From an uncultured bacterium (GTDB lineage: Bacteria; Zixibacteria; MSB-5A5; CAIYYT01): DNA of 64,000 nt. The DNA lies in NCBI GenBank assembly GCA_963726455.1, contig CAVSCK010000004.1, forward strand, positions 1,088,001-1,152,000, in the 5' to 3' direction. Shown in pieces: positions 1 through 10,119 of this stretch. The position numbers and the translations under genes are program-made. The number at the start of each line of letters is the position of its first letter. The stretch's first letter is position 1. The notes beneath the pieces are model-generated. The model was given only the letters and a program-made list of their open reading frames with translations. It did not search any database and was not told the DNA's origin.

Positions 1-1
1 T

Positions 2-1267
2 GGTGACACCCCTATTGATCTGCTTGAAGCAGCGCGCGCACTCAAGATAGAAGTGATCGGCGCAAACTGCTCAGTCGGTCCGCAACGATTATATGACTTC
101 GTATCCATCCTGCGGGCGACCTCCGACTTCATTTTGTCCGCACAACCGAATGCCGGCCAACCCCGCTACTATGAAGGGCGATTCTTCTATGTTTCCTCGC
201 CCGATTACTTCGCGGAGTATTGCCTCAAATTCCTAAGTCTGGGCGTTTCGCTAATCGGCGGCTGCTGCGGTACAACGCCGGAGCATATCCGCGCCATGCG
301 CAAAGTATTTGATTCTTACAAGCGAGTCAGCACCGAGTCGTCAGTAACTGCGATTGCGGAACCTCCGAAAAGGCCGGAGCGGGCCGCGCCGACGGCGCGC
401 GTGTCCAATTTCGCGTCCAAGTTGGGGAACAAATTTGTCGTGTCGGTTGAAATCGATCCTCCCAGAGGCGCTAATCCGGAAAAGCTGTTGAACGCCGCCG
501 TCAAACTCAGAGACTCGGGCGTTGATGCCGTCAACGTTGCCGATTCGCCGATGGCGCGCGTACGGATGAGCTGCCTGGCGATGGCGGGGTTGATCACCGA
601 TCGCGTCGGTTTGGATGTGATCCTGCATTTCACCTGCCGCGACCGCAACCTGATGGGACTCCACGCCGATCTGATCGGAGCACATGCTCTTGGAATACGT
701 AACGTTCTGGCACTGACCGGCGATCCGCCTTCACTCGGAGACTATCCAAACGCGACTGCCGTCTACGATGTCGATGCCATTGGACTGGTCGAGATCATCA
801 GCAAGTTGAACAACGGCACCGATCTCGCCGGCAACGCGCTCGGTTCACACACGGAATTCTCGATCGGCGTCGCGATCAATCCCACGGCGGACAATCTCGA
901 CGTTGAACTGGAACGACTGAAGCGCAAGATCGCTGCCGGTGCGCAGTTTGCCATGACGCAGCCGATGTACAAACTTGATATTCTGGAACGATTCCTTACG
1001 AAAGCGCAGAAGTTCGGGATTCCCACATTGCTCGGATTGTTGCCGTTGCAGTCGTATCGACATGCCGAGTTCCTCCATAACGAAGTACCCGGAATCGACA
1101 TCCCGCGCGAAACGCGCGACCGCATGAGCCACGCCGGGAAAGACGCCGCACAGGTCGGAATCGAGACTTGCCGCGATCTGTTGCACCAGGCCAAAGGTCT
1201 CGTGCAGGGTGCTTATCTGATGCCTTCCTTCGGCAGATATGAAACGATACTGCAAGTTTTAGAGTGA
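2..1267 (+). CDS. yitJ: Bifunctional homocysteine S-methyltransferase / 5,10-methylenetetrahydrofolate reductase (5' partial)
   Basis: GANC and IGGCCGTTPEHI HMT motifs followed by an MTHFR domain (VEIDPP, HFTCRDRN, LALTGDPP, FAMTQP). The frame is open from the window edge. Confidence 0.9.
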   Translation, partial: GDTPIDLLEAARALKIEVIGANCSVGPQRLYDFVSILRATSDFILSAQPNAGQPRYYEGRFFYVSSPDYFAEYCLKFLSLGVSLIGGCCGTTPEHIRAMRKVFDSYKRVSTESSVTAIAEPPKRPERAAPTARVSNFASKLGNKFVVSVEIDPPRGANPEKLLNAAVKLRDSGVDAVNVADSPMARVRMSCLAMAGLITDRVGLDVILHFTCRDRNLMGLHADLIGAHALGIRNVLALTGDPPSLGDYPNATAVYDVDAIGLVEIISKLNNGTDLAGNALGSHTEFSIGVAINPTADNLDVELERLKRKIAAGAQFAMTQPMYKLDILERFLTKAQKFGIPTLLGLLPLQSYRHAEFLHNEVPGIDIPRETRDRMSHAGKDAAQVGIETCRDLLHQAKGLVQGAYLMPSFGRYETILQVLE

Positions 1268-1329
1268 CATCCACTCCCCTGCATCGTATTCATTCATTGT
1301 GATGACTTTATTACTTACGAGGTGTACCT

Positions 1330-2823
1330 GTGCGCGTTAACTGCGATATACTTTCCAAGAAATCATTGCGAACCGACCTGCTCTGCGTTGTCGTCTTCGA
1401 AGACAAACATGAAGATGAGAATCTGAAAGCGCTCGATCGCTTACTACTCGGACAGATCCGGCAGCTACTTAGGGATAAACACTTTTCGGGAAAGCCCGGC
1501 GAAACGCATTCGCTGATCGTGTTCCCGAAAAAAGATTTCAAACAGCTTATGCTGTTGGGTGTCGGCAAGAGCAAAGAAGTCGACATTGAGAAGCTGCGCA
1601 AGGCCGCCGGTACGGCAGGCCTTCGGGCAGTTGCTGCCAAGGCGACAGCAGCCGTATTTCTGCTTCCCAAACAGACGATGCCCAAAGAGCTGAGTGCCGA
1701 ACTGATTGGGCGCGCCCTCACCGAGGGATTCAATCTCGGCAGTTATTTCTTTGATCGATTCAAGAGCGGCGACGACAAAAAGGCCAGGCCGAAATCGCTA
1801 ACCTTGCTCTTCCCCAACCAGCGCGATGCCTCAAAGGCAACGTCCGGAGCGCGCACCGGTTTGATTGTTTCCGATTTGCAGAATTACTGCCGCGATTTGG
1901 CGGGTTCGCCGGGCAATGTTGTCACTCCCCCGTATCTCGCGAGCGAGGCACGCCGCCTGGCCAAGCGATACGGATTGCGCGTACAAGTAATGGGAAGGCC
2001 GCAAATTGAGAAACTCAAGATGGGCGCGTTTCTTTCAGTTGCGAAAGGATCTGTCGAGCCGCCACAACTAATTCGCATTGATTACAAACCGAAAGTCAAA
2101 GCCAGCAAGCGCGTGATTCTCGTCGGCAAAGGCATCACGTTCGATACCGGCGGCATCACTCTCAAACCGGGCGCCGATATGCATGAGATGAAGCAGGATA
2201 TGACCGGCGCCGCGGTGGTGATTTCCACGCTGGCGGCGATTGCCCAGCTTAAGCCACGTTTGGAAGTCACGGGATTCATGCCCATTTGCGAGAATATGCC
2301 GGGGAGCCGCGCTTACAAACCCGGCGATGTGCTGACAACCAGCATTGGCAAGACTATTGAAGTGATCAGTACTGATGCCGAGGGCAGACTTCTGCTCGCG
2401 GACGTCCTCGGATATGCATCAAAGATGAAGCCCGATTACCTGATCGATGTCGCAACTCTGACCGGCGCGGTGATTGTGGCACTCGGATACACCGGGGCTG
2501 CCATGCTGTCTACTTCCAATGAACTGCTGAAATGTTTCCGGGAAGCCGCCGATGTTACCGGCGAGAAAGTCTGGCAGTTGCCGTTATGGCCCGAGTATGA
2601 GAACTCAATCAAGTCGCCGATTGCGGACATGAAGAATTCCGGTGGACGCCCGGCCGGTACCTGCGTCGCCGCGACTATACTCAAGCAGTTCGTTGGCGAC
2701 GTTCCGTGGCTGCATCTCGATATCGCGGGCATGGATCTGGAACATAACGGCAGGGAATACACGCCCAAAGGCGCTTCGGGATACGGAGTGCGTTTGTTGA
2801 CTGAAGTGCTTTGCCGCTTGTGA
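1330..2823 (+). CDS. pepA: Leucyl aminopeptidase (M17)
   Basis: VGKGITFDTGG, MKQDMTG, STDAEGRL, DVATLTGA and WLHLDIAG motifs. GAGGTG RBS before the GTG start. Confidence 0.95.
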   Translation: MRVNCDILSKKSLRTDLLCVVVFEDKHEDENLKALDRLLLGQIRQLLRDKHFSGKPGETHSLIVFPKKDFKQLMLLGVGKSKEVDIEKLRKAAGTAGLRAVAAKATAAVFLLPKQTMPKELSAELIGRALTEGFNLGSYFFDRFKSGDDKKARPKSLTLLFPNQRDASKATSGARTGLIVSDLQNYCRDLAGSPGNVVTPPYLASEARRLAKRYGLRVQVMGRPQIEKLKMGAFLSVAKGSVEPPQLIRIDYKPKVKASKRVILVGKGITFDTGGITLKPGADMHEMKQDMTGAAVVISTLAAIAQLKPRLEVTGFMPICENMPGSRAYKPGDVLTTSIGKTIEVISTDAEGRLLLADVLGYASKMKPDYLIDVATLTGAVIVALGYTGAAMLSTSNELLKCFREAADVTGEKVWQLPLWPEYENSIKSPIADMKNSGGRPAGTCVAATILKQFVGDVPWLHLDIAGMDLEHNGREYTPKGASGYGVRLLTEVLCRL

Positions 2824-2830
2824 CAACTGA

Positions 2831-3583
2831 TCAGGGAAGTTGCATTACGTAAAAGACGTAACCGTAGTGGTCTGAATATTTCCGATAGATGTTGATCTCA
2901 GTCTGAGATGCTTCGATTATACCGAGCGCCCTTTCGTCTCTGGCATATGCTTGGCGCTTTTCATTCAGGCGATTTTCCAGCGGTGTGTAATAGTCATTCC
3001 ACCACGATGACGACGGCAGAGTAAAATAGCCCACGACAGAGTAGCCGAGATCAGTAATGATCTTCAGGTTGCTATGCACCGGCTGCATGGCCGGATATTC
3101 CTTGCCCCAATATTCGCGAACTTCGGCGGGCGGGTCGGCCGTCAGCCAACTGATTTCAGTCACAGCTATATAACCGCGCGGCTTCAGAAGGCGTCTCCAT
3201 TCCGCGAGCCCTTTCTCGAAACCGATGATGTATATCGCCCCCTCAGACCAGATGATATCAAAATAGCGGTCGGCATATTTCAGGTCCGTCATGTCGGCGT
3301 GGACAACGCGAACGCGATTGCTGATTCCCATTTCGACTGACTTAAGTTGCAGCGCGCCCAGAAACGGGCGATGCTTGTCAAGCGCGATGATTTCACACTC
3401 ACAGGCCTGCGCCAGATCGAGAGTCTGGGCGCCCGAACCACAGCCGATATCGAGAATGAGCGGATGCACCGGTCTCTTGGTCATCAGCGACAGTGCCCGC
3501 ACTGTCGAATCCGTGTCGCCGGGTCCCTGTCGTGGGAGGCCCTTGTAAACATCGAAGAAAACTTTGGTCAAGTGCTCGGTCAT
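2831..3583 (-). CDS. Class I SAM-dependent methyltransferase
   Basis: ILDIGCGSG motif I, FDIIWSEGAIY, and LPRQGPG N-terminus. Confidence 0.9.
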   Translation of the reverse strand: MTEHLTKVFFDVYKGLPRQGPGDTDSTVRALSLMTKRPVHPLILDIGCGSGAQTLDLAQACECEIIALDKHRPFLGALQLKSVEMGISNRVRVVHADMTDLKYADRYFDIIWSEGAIYIIGFEKGLAEWRRLLKPRGYIAVTEISWLTADPPAEVREYWGKEYPAMQPVHSNLKIITDLGYSVVGYFTLPSSSWWNDYYTPLENRLNEKRQAYARDERALGIIEASQTEINIYRKYSDHYGYVFYVMQLP

Positions 3584-3588
3584 ATAGC

Positions 3589-3695
3589 TGATAAGGCGAG
3601 ACAGGACGATAACGTCCTGACGCCGGATAAATTATGCGAGATGGCTCGCGGTTCAGAAGTAACTGAGCTGTCCCGTTTACACGGGGCAATTATCA
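3589..3695. other. Compact multi-hairpin (5-way junction) intergenic element
   Basis: TGATAA/TTATCA closes four abutting hairpins: 3595-3624, 3636-3649, 3651-3668 and 3669-3688. Confidence 0.5.
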
Positions 3696-3713
3696 CTCAA
3701 TAACAATAGCGGT

Positions 3714-4700
3714 CTAGTTGCACCATGACGGCGACGAATCATTTCCGGGACCGGACAATCTTACGGGTGCGCCGCCGCTAACAGAAATCTTATAGATGGT
3801 GCCCTTCTGTGTCGCAAACAGAAGCGACTTGGAATCAGGCGACCATGAAGGAACGGACAATGACAGCCCGTCTTGCTGCGGATCGGTCGGCGCCCACAGC
3901 TTTGTCTTGGCGGTCAAATCGGGTTTGATAATGAAAAGTCCCTGATTGCTTACGTCATTGGACACATAGGCGATCCACTGCCCGTCAGGCGACCAGGACG
4001 GCAGCGTTGCTCCGGTGAGCTTGCCCGCCTTCGCCAGGATGGCTTGATCTTTCAACGGATACTCAGCGACTGAGGCAATGGCAATTCCGGCCGGGACAAA
4101 TTGCTGACCCTGAACTCGGGTGACGGTGAACGCCACCTGCTTCATGTCGGGGGACATCGTGGGCGCGGCGCACAGCAATTCGGAGGTCGGCTCCTGCTCA
4201 AGATCACGCAATAAGAAGCTCTTGGTGTCGTAGAAGCTGAGACGCCATTTCGGCAACGTCGCATTTACTGTATTGGCAGCGCGATCATGAACAAACAGAA
4301 TCCTGCTACCGTCGCGACTGAATTCGGGAGACTGGCCGCCCATGGTTTCCGTGATCCCTTCCCAGAAACTATTGGTGGAATCGGTGTAGCCGTAGAAAAG
4401 ATCGTATATTTTGTGCTGGCCGCCACCGCCATCAGGATACTTTATCGCGAGATCGCCGCGCCGAACAAAGGCAATCTTGCGATTGTCGGGCGACCAACTC
4501 AAACGGCCTACCACGTTCGAAATACCGGCGATAAACGGGCGCTGGTTGGAGCCGTCCGATTCCATCAGCCAAATGTCGCCGCTACGGACAAAAGCGATGG
4601 TCTGACCTTTCTTGATTCCGTTGGCAGCTACAGCAGCGATGGCCAAAGCTACGACAAATGCAAATGTAATGATGGCGAAGCGTCTCATATCTCTCCTCAA
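3714..4700 (-). CDS. Secreted TolB-like / PD40 beta-propeller protein
   Basis: Signal peptide and repeated PSWSPDG / WSPD / FSRDG PD40 motifs. Confidence 0.8.
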   Translation of the reverse strand: MRRDMRRFAIITFAFVVALAIAAVAANGIKKGQTIAFVRSGDIWLMESDGSNQRPFIAGISNVVGRLSWSPDNRKIAFVRRGDLAIKYPDGGGGQHKIYDLFYGYTDSTNSFWEGITETMGGQSPEFSRDGSRILFVHDRAANTVNATLPKWRLSFYDTKSFLLRDLEQEPTSELLCAAPTMSPDMKQVAFTVTRVQGQQFVPAGIAIASVAEYPLKDQAILAKAGKLTGATLPSWSPDGQWIAYVSNDVSNQGLFIIKPDLTAKTKLWAPTDPQQDGLSLSVPSWSPDSKSLLFATQKGTIYKISVSGGAPVRLSGPGNDSSPSWCN

Positions 4701-4890
4701 GTCACATAGTCTATTGACGAAAGTTCATCCTACCTAATCTTTTTACCCGTAAAGCCCCGATTGTTTCAAATTATCGGTAAGCTATTGATTTAGCTTGAGA
4801 TGTCAACCAATAAGTGGAGACGTTTTCCCTGCGTCTTGGAGTCTCGTGGGACTACTCTGCCTGAGAACATCGAAGCAAATTATGTCCTAA

Positions 4891-4925
4891 ATCAAACAGG
4901 GCGGTCTTACGACCGCCCTGCTTTT
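4891..4925 (-). terminator. Rho-independent terminator of the hdr-hyd-mvh operon (possibly bidirectional)
   Basis: Perfect 10-bp stem CAGGGCGGTC/GACCGCCCTG with a GTAA loop on the minus strand. T-rich tails on both strands. Confidence 0.75.
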
Positions 4926-4965
4926 CACGGGAGCGAAACTGGGAAGAGAGCCTTCCACATGGGGA

Positions 4966-5442
4966 TTACTTACTCACGGTCTTGGCGGCAATCCAATTCT
5001 TCACCGCAGTTAAGGCCGTTTCCACTGATTTCTCGACTTGCGGCGTCATTTGTTCGCCGAGAGTTTCAACATCCTGCGCCTCAACTGCCAACACCTGAAT
5101 GTCTTTGGGCATCGCCATCTGCAGTTGTGTTCCGAGTTCAATGGCGGTTGGCAAATTGATCTGGTGGCTGTTGATGAGATTGTACGACGGCGTCAACGCA
5201 CCGGCGGGGAAAAAATGAACCGTGCCCGGCCGGGATTTGCCGGTTATGATCGCATCGACAATGAGAACCGCCTTGCGGCCTTTCAACAAATCCAACAATC
5301 CGAATCCGGCGGTCGGGGCAAATATCACTTCGACCATATCGTGATCGAGGCCGTTTTCATTCAGCCGGCGGGCAACCGCAGGGCCGAATGAGTCATCCGA
5401 AAGTATGTCGTTACCCAGGCATAAGATGAGAAGTGGTGTCAA
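4966..5442 (-). CDS. [NiFe]-hydrogenase maturation protease
   Basis: LCLGNDILSDDSFG, VLIVDAI and NSHQ motifs. Directly downstream of the hydrogenase large subunit. Confidence 0.92.
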   Translation of the reverse strand: MTPLLILCLGNDILSDDSFGPAVARRLNENGLDHDMVEVIFAPTAGFGLLDLLKGRKAVLIVDAIITGKSRPGTVHFFPAGALTPSYNLINSHQINLPTAIELGTQLQMAMPKDIQVLAVEAQDVETLGEQMTPQVEKSVETALTAVKNWIAAKTVSK

Positions 5443-6923
5443 ACGTTCCTCCGAGCAGTCTGGATTATTTCACCGGTTGCAGCATCATGTATGATTAATT
5501 CCAGCGGCATTTCGCCGGGAAGCGTGTGAGTCGCGCAACCAAAACAGGGATCGTACGCACGAAACGCCATTTCAATTCGATTGAGAATTCCGTCCGTAAC
5601 TGTCACGCCCTTCTTGATCAATCCCTCGGCGGCTTTCTTGATCGACATAGATATCGGCGCGTTGTTGTTGGTGGTGCCGACGATCAGGTTAGCTTCAGTG
5701 ACTATGCCGTTCCTGTCGGTCTTGTAGTGATGTGTCAGCGTCCCGCGCGGAGCTTCCACGATTCCGACCCCTTCGCCGACGATGCCGGTTGGCGGTTCGA
5801 GGATTTTGTCAGACGTGATTTCGTCGTCCTGCGCCTGCTCCAAAGTCGCCTCGGCGGCAAACATCAGTTCGACCACGCGAGCCCAATGAGTGGCCAACGT
5901 CGAATGAATCGGAGTCTTGCCGGTGCGGTCACCGGTCAGAGTTTCATACATGCGTTCGTATTCGGCCTGCGCCAGCGGGGTCGCCATACCGTCTGCCACG
6001 TTGCAGCGTGACAGCGGCGTCGCTTTGTACACACCCGAATCCATGCCGTCGACGAATCCCTTCCAGCCGACCTTCTTCAGGTACGGATACTTGAGATAGC
6101 TGTACGGCTCGACGTGTTCGGCGACATATTCGAGATAGTCCTTTGGCTCATATTCGGCGTGCTTGCTGCCGTCGGGAGCAGTAACTCTCACCTTGCCGTC
6201 ATAGAAGTTGGTCTTGCCGTTCGCATCCACCAGACCCATGTTGTAAGTCTTGTGCGTGAACATGTCGGAAATGATCAGATCGACATAACCCTTGTTCGCG
6301 AGCACGATGTCGTTCAACACCTGAATCGTGAACTTGGCGAACTCGACCATGCCCTTCGCCAGCTCGATAATCTCCTGCTGTTCTTGCTTGGTAACACGCT
6401 TGGTATTGCCGCCAGGAACAGCCGTTACCGGATGCACCTTCTTGCCGCCGATGATTTCGATTACACGTTGTCCGGCGGCACGCTGAGCAATAACTTTCTT
6501 GCCGGCATCAATTCCGACCTTGGCTACGACGCCGAGGATATTTCGTTCAGCCGGCGGCGCATCAGGACCGCAAACGAAATCGGGGCCACCCAGCGCATAG
6601 AAATGCGTGGTGTGGTCGCCCGCGTAGAACGCGTTGTACATCAATTCGCGCAACTTACGAGCTGCACTCGGAATCGTAACACCGTACACTGCGTCCGCTG
6701 CCTTTGCGGCAGCGAGATGATGCGCATCGGGACAGACGCCGCAAATGCGTGTCGTGATGCGGCACATTTCCTCGACCGGACGACCCTGCGCGAATTTCTC
6801 GAAGCCGCGCAGTTCCGGAACCTGGAAATAGCAGTTCGCCAAGCCGCCGTCATCATTGACGAACAGATGAATCTTGCCATGCCCTTCGAGACGGGTGATC
6901 GGGTCAATCAGTATCTGTTTCAT
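5439..6923 (-). CDS. mvhA: [NiFe]-hydrogenase large subunit, group 3c (MvhA-like)
   Basis: PITRLEGH, ELRGFE, L1 RICGVCPDAH, EAPRG, and L2 RAYDPCFGCATH with a cleavable C-terminal tail. Confidence 0.93.
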   Translation of the reverse strand: MKQILIDPITRLEGHGKIHLFVNDDGGLANCYFQVPELRGFEKFAQGRPVEEMCRITTRICGVCPDAHHLAAAKAADAVYGVTIPSAARKLRELMYNAFYAGDHTTHFYALGGPDFVCGPDAPPAERNILGVVAKVGIDAGKKVIAQRAAGQRVIEIIGGKKVHPVTAVPGGNTKRVTKQEQQEIIELAKGMVEFAKFTIQVLNDIVLANKGYVDLIISDMFTHKTYNMGLVDANGKTNFYDGKVRVTAPDGSKHAEYEPKDYLEYVAEHVEPYSYLKYPYLKKVGWKGFVDGMDSGVYKATPLSRCNVADGMATPLAQAEYERMYETLTGDRTGKTPIHSTLATHWARVVELMFAAEATLEQAQDDEITSDKILEPPTGIVGEGVGIVEAPRGTLTHHYKTDRNGIVTEANLIVGTTNNNAPISMSIKKAAEGLIKKGVTVTDGILNRIEMAFRAYDPCFGCATHTLPGEMPLELIIHDAATGEIIQTARRNV

Positions 6924-7891
6924 TGCTGCACCCTCCTTAACATCGAAGTCGGCAAGCTGAACCGATAGAACGTTCCCAGGGGATCAGGAATTGTATCCAG
7001 AATCTGTTCGACCTCCTGCTCGTCGATGGAATCTATCACACTCGCCAATGCCGACGCCATCTTGGCGCCCTGATCGCGCACGTTGGACGGCAACCCGTAG
7101 CAACCGCGACACGGCACACCCGCTTTGACGCACTTTGCGCCACATCCTGAACGCGTCGCCGGACCAAGGCAGACAATCCCCTGCTCCATCAGGCAAAGGT
7201 CGGGATCGGTGACCTTTTCAAAGGGACGAATGAACTTCTTGATCTTCTTGACATTGCGCTGGCGCGGGCATTCATCGCAACAGGATTTTTCGCTGGCGCC
7301 CAGCACCGTGCCTTTCGGCGGCAGCGGCTTGCTGTTCTTGAGAATGTCAACGACGGCATCAATCACAGCCGCGATCTGATTTGACTGTGGCGGACAACCG
7401 GGAATGATGTAGTCGACGTCCACGACCTGCGGAAGTGTGCGGACGGTGTTCCACAGGAACGGAATATGAACCATGCCTTCAGCAACTTTCACTTCCGGCT
7501 GCGGCATGATGCCGTTGCCCGGTTCCAGTGACGGCGACAGTTTGTAAACATATTCCATGATCGATTGTTTGTCATAGAAGTTTGCCAGTCCGGGAATACA
7601 ACCTTCGGAAGCGCAACTGCCAAAGGCGCACAGCACGACCGATTTGTCCCGCAGCAGGCGCGCGATTTCATAATTCTCGTCACTGCGAATCGCGCCATTG
7701 AAAAGAGTGAGTGTGATTTCTTTGTCCTGCATCTTGCGAACGTCGTCATACTTGAAATCAAGGGCGCAAGGCCAGAACACAATGTCGAAGAAGTCGGCGA
7801 CCTCAAGGATCTTCGCCTCGATATCGAGAATCGCGACATCGCAGCCCCCGCAGGAGGAGGCCCAGTATATTGCTAGTTTCGGTTTTGCCAT
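6920..7891 (-). CDS. mvhG: [NiFe]-hydrogenase small subunit (MvhG-like)
   Basis: SSCGGC, FGSCASEG, IPGCPP, CCDEC and CLGPATRSGC..C...PCRGC motifs. Alternative GTG start at 7900. Confidence 0.9.
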   Translation of the reverse strand: MAKPKLAIYWASSCGGCDVAILDIEAKILEVADFFDIVFWPCALDFKYDDVRKMQDKEITLTLFNGAIRSDENYEIARLLRDKSVVLCAFGSCASEGCIPGLANFYDKQSIMEYVYKLSPSLEPGNGIMPQPEVKVAEGMVHIPFLWNTVRTLPQVVDVDYIIPGCPPQSNQIAAVIDAVVDILKNSKPLPPKGTVLGASEKSCCDECPRQRNVKKIKKFIRPFEKVTDPDLCLMEQGIVCLGPATRSGCGAKCVKAGVPCRGCYGLPSNVRDQGAKMASALASVIDSIDEQEVEQILDTIPDPLGTFYRFSLPTSMLRRVQQ

Positions 7892-7896
7892 CTTGC

Positions 7897-8355
7897 TCAC
7901 TCCCCTGCCGCGACGGCAGCAGCTTCCGCCTGTTCAGGTACGAACGCCCATTCCTGCAAACGTAGCGGTCCGAGCGCACGAATCTGCGCGGTAAAGCTGT
8001 CGACCACTTCCTGAAAACGGGCTCCTTCAGATGCCGACACCCATTCGAGACGCAGGCGTTCCGGGGAGATACCCATGCCTTTCAGAATCCGCTTGGTGAT
8101 TGCCACGCGACGCATGCACTTGTGATTCCCCTCGACATAGTGGCAGTCACCGAAATGGCAACCGCACAAAAGCACGCCGTCAGCGCCGGCGCGAAACGAA
8201 TCGAGAACAAACCCGGGATCGACGCGGCCGGAACACATCACGCGCACCGTCATCACATTAGGGGCATACTTCATGCGCGCGGTGCCGGCCAGATCGGCTC
8301 CGGTATAACTGCACCAATTGCAGAGAAATCCGACAATACGTGGTTCGAAACTCAT
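7897..8355 (-). CDS. mvhD: Hydrogenase iron-sulfur subunit D (MvhD/FlpD)
   Basis: FLCNWCSYTGADLAG, RVMCSGRV, GCHFGDCHY and EWVSASEG motifs. Confidence 0.95.
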   Translation of the reverse strand: MSFEPRIVGFLCNWCSYTGADLAGTARMKYAPNVMTVRVMCSGRVDPGFVLDSFRAGADGVLLCGCHFGDCHYVEGNHKCMRRVAITKRILKGMGISPERLRLEWVSASEGARFQEVVDSFTAQIRALGPLRLQEWAFVPEQAEAAAVAAGE

Positions 8356-10115
8356 GTAAGCATCCCCTCGATCTGAGCATAGATTTGTTCATCGGTGAAT
8401 TGGCGGGCCATTATCGCGCCCGAAGGACAGGCGGCTACGCAAGTGCCGCAGCCCTTGCACTGAGCTGAATTCACGACGCTCACTTTCTTGGCTTCGTCAT
8501 AGCTGACCGCAGTGTACGGGCACATATCGTTGCAGATTTTGCAGCCGCTGCAGAATTCCTCCATGATTTCAGCGTAGGCCGCATCCATCATGATCTCGCC
8601 TTGTGCCATCAATTTCATCGCCTGTGCAGCGGCAGCCCCGCCCTGTGCGACGCTGTCGGGAATATCTTTGGCGCCCTGGCATGCTCCGGCCAAGAAAATG
8701 CCGTCGGTAGTCGTCGACACCGGAGCGAGCTTCGGATGCGCTTCGATAAACCAGCCATCAGCGCCGGTGGAGATATTGAATTTGCGCCCGAACTCCTTGG
8801 CATCCTTGCGGGCCTCCAAAGCCGTGCAGAGAATGACCATATCGACCGGTATTTCTCGATACTTGCCGATCAGCGTGTCTTCGCAACGGACGATCAGATG
8901 ACCTTCCTCGTCGCGGCGATAGCCCGATGGCACAACCTCTGCGCCCTTGCCGCGAATAACATTGACGCCTTCTTCGAGAATGCGAGCGTAGAATTCTTCG
9001 TATCCCTTTCCGAAGGCGCGCATGTCGATGTAAAGTTGGTATACCTCGGCAGAGGTCTTCTCTTTTACGAGATGCGAGAATTTCAACGCGTACATGCAGC
9101 ACACGCGGCTGCAATATTTATGGTGGTCATGATCACGGCTGCCAACACAATGCAGAATCGCAATCGCCCGCGGTTCTTCGCCGTTTTCGAGCACGATCTT
9201 GCCGCCGGTCGGTCCCGCGGCATTGTTCATGATCTCGAACTCTTCGGAAGAAATCACATTCGGTATTTTGCCGTAGCCATACTGTTTCATTGGCGTCGGA
9301 TCAAAACTGTCGAACCCGGTTGCAATCACCACAGCCCCAACTTCGACTTCTTCGGTTTTCGGGCCGTCGCCATAATCAATGCATTCTTTGGGACAGACCT
9401 TAGAACAAACCATGCAGCCGCCGGTCTTGTAGTGAATGCAGTTTTCACGTACGATCTGCGGGACGTTGGGCACCGCCTGTCGGAAAGGCAGGGTGATTGC
9501 GGCATTCGGCGACAAGTTCATCTCCTGATGGACGATGAAGCGATTTTCGATCTCTTCCATCTTGATGTATCCCGTCGGACAATGTTTGGCACAGGCGCCG
9601 CAGAGAATGCAGGAATCGGAATCGCGGCCGAAGGGCGTCGAAATATCGCGTTTGGCGCCCCGGTTGACGAATGCCAGCGCGTGCGCGCCGACAACTTCGT
9701 CGCAGATACGGACACACAGCCCGCACAGTATGCACGTGTAATTCCCCGTTCCCCAGCGCGGCTCGGGAATGCCAAGTTGTTCGGCGAGTCGCTGCAACAC
9801 AGGCACAGGCGAGCAGTTGGCCATCAGCATTTCCAAATTCGTCCGCCGAGCGTTGATCACGCGCGGCGTGTCCGTCACGATTTCGAGTCCATCCCAAACC
9901 GGGTAGTTGCAGGCCGTCACGATTTTCGACCAGCCACCTGCGCTGCGCGCCTCGACGCAACAGATGCGGCAAGCGGCGTACGGCACCATATAGGGATAGT
10001 AACAGAGCGTCGGAATCTCTACACCGATCGACTTGGCCGCCTCCAGAACATAAGTACCGTCGTCGACCTCGATCTCCTGACCGTCAATAGTAATTTTCAC
10101 TTTGTCCATAGCCAT
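8352..10115 (-). CDS. Fusion protein: HydA/NuoG-like N-terminal Fe-S domains plus the C-terminal half of heterodisulfide reductase HdrA
   Basis: N-terminal [2Fe-2S] (IPTLC..ACRIC..TAC) and 2[4Fe-4S] (CILCGLCVRIC, CILCGACAKHCP). Then the HdrA segment PFRQAVP, VIATG, CVGSRD..YCSRVCCMYALK, GIFLAGACQGAKDIP and a C-terminal ferredoxin. Confidence 0.88.
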   Translation of the reverse strand: MAMDKVKITIDGQEIEVDDGTYVLEAAKSIGVEIPTLCYYPYMVPYAACRICCVEARSAGGWSKIVTACNYPVWDGLEIVTDTPRVINARRTNLEMLMANCSPVPVLQRLAEQLGIPEPRWGTGNYTCILCGLCVRICDEVVGAHALAFVNRGAKRDISTPFGRDSDSCILCGACAKHCPTGYIKMEEIENRFIVHQEMNLSPNAAITLPFRQAVPNVPQIVRENCIHYKTGGCMVCSKVCPKECIDYGDGPKTEEVEVGAVVIATGFDSFDPTPMKQYGYGKIPNVISSEEFEIMNNAAGPTGGKIVLENGEEPRAIAILHCVGSRDHDHHKYCSRVCCMYALKFSHLVKEKTSAEVYQLYIDMRAFGKGYEEFYARILEEGVNVIRGKGAEVVPSGYRRDEEGHLIVRCEDTLIGKYREIPVDMVILCTALEARKDAKEFGRKFNISTGADGWFIEAHPKLAPVSTTTDGIFLAGACQGAKDIPDSVAQGGAAAAQAMKLMAQGEIMMDAAYAEIMEEFCSGCKICNDMCPYTAVSYDEAKKVSVVNSAQCKGCGTCVAACPSGAIMARQFTDEQIYAQIEGMLT

Positions 10116-10119
10116 ACTC

